In this document: positions 36,958 to 37,259 of the stretch, piece after piece
Numbering within the stretch: the stretch's first letter is position 1
Layout: the number at the start of each line of letters is the position of its first letter
Assembly (NCBI GenBank): GCA_033722135.1
Contig: JAWVZO010000003.1
Span: forward strand, 1 to 37,259
DNA: 37,259 bases
Direction: 5' to 3'
From: Gammaproteobacteria bacterium
GTDB lineage: Bacteria; Pseudomonadota; Gammaproteobacteria; QNFN01
Made by a program: the position numbers and the translations under genes
The notes under the pieces: model-generated
What the model saw: only the letters and a program-made list of their open reading frames with translations
The model's database searches: none
What the model was told of the DNA's origin: nothing

Positions 36958-37259
36958 ATGGACACGTCCCTGCCGGACGATGCCGCGGCCTGGCTGACCC
37001 TGAACCGGGTGCCGGGCCTCGGTTCGCGCACCCTCTGCCGGCTGCTGCACCGCTGCCCCGACCCGGAGGCGCTGCTCTCGGCCTCCGCGGCCCGGCTGCG
37101 TGAGCTCGGCGTGCCGCCCGCCGCGCGTCGGGCGCTGAGCCGGGCCGATCGCGCTGCGGCCCGTGCCGACCTCGCCTGGCTGGAGGCCCCCGGCCGCGGG
37201 CTGCTGACCCTCGCCTGTGCCGATTACCCGCCGGCGCTGCTCGCCACCGCCGACCCGCC
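36958..37259 (+). CDS. dprA: DNA-processing protein DprA, 3' end outside window
   Basis: Manual translation MDTSLPDDAAAWLTLNRVPGLGSRTL...DLAWLEAPGRGLLTLACADYPPALLATADP, a typical DprA N-terminus; follows the LysM gene. Confidence 0.9.
   Translation, partial: MDTSLPDDAAAWLTLNRVPGLGSRTLCRLLHRCPDPEALLSASAARLRELGVPPAARRALSRADRAAARADLAWLEAPGRGLLTLACADYPPALLATADP

Overview
High-GC gammaproteobacterial chromosomal window; no mobile element, tRNA, rRNA or CRISPR array is recognisable. It is mostly housekeeping backbone. Left to right: ABM-family gene (partial), an orphan ORF and a PAS/LuxR regulator; a cytochrome c oxidase cluster (ctaB, membrane protein, surf1, DUF2909, coxC, ctaG, small protein, coxA, coxB-cytochrome c fusion, DUF2244); bioBFHCD with a BirA operator; comF; a three-gene ectC / ATP-grasp / unknown unit; ubiA, recG, ppk1, hemB, trkHA, ntrXY, DUF4390, rsmB, fmt, def; then LysM/TsaP and dprA (partial). 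Two things stand out. (1) A solitary ectoine synthase gene is coupled to an L-amino-acid-ligase-like ATP-grasp enzyme and a 669-aa 'hypothetical' protein with a calpain/papain-like Gln-Cys-His-Asn motif set. This is a candidate undescribed osmolyte/peptide make-and-break system. (2) The A1-type oxidase has an intact D-channel and metal ligands but has lost the K-channel polar residues in both subunits I and II, has no ctaA in the cluster, and has a candidate class II FNR promoter. All calls are from motif recognition by eye; no database searches were run.
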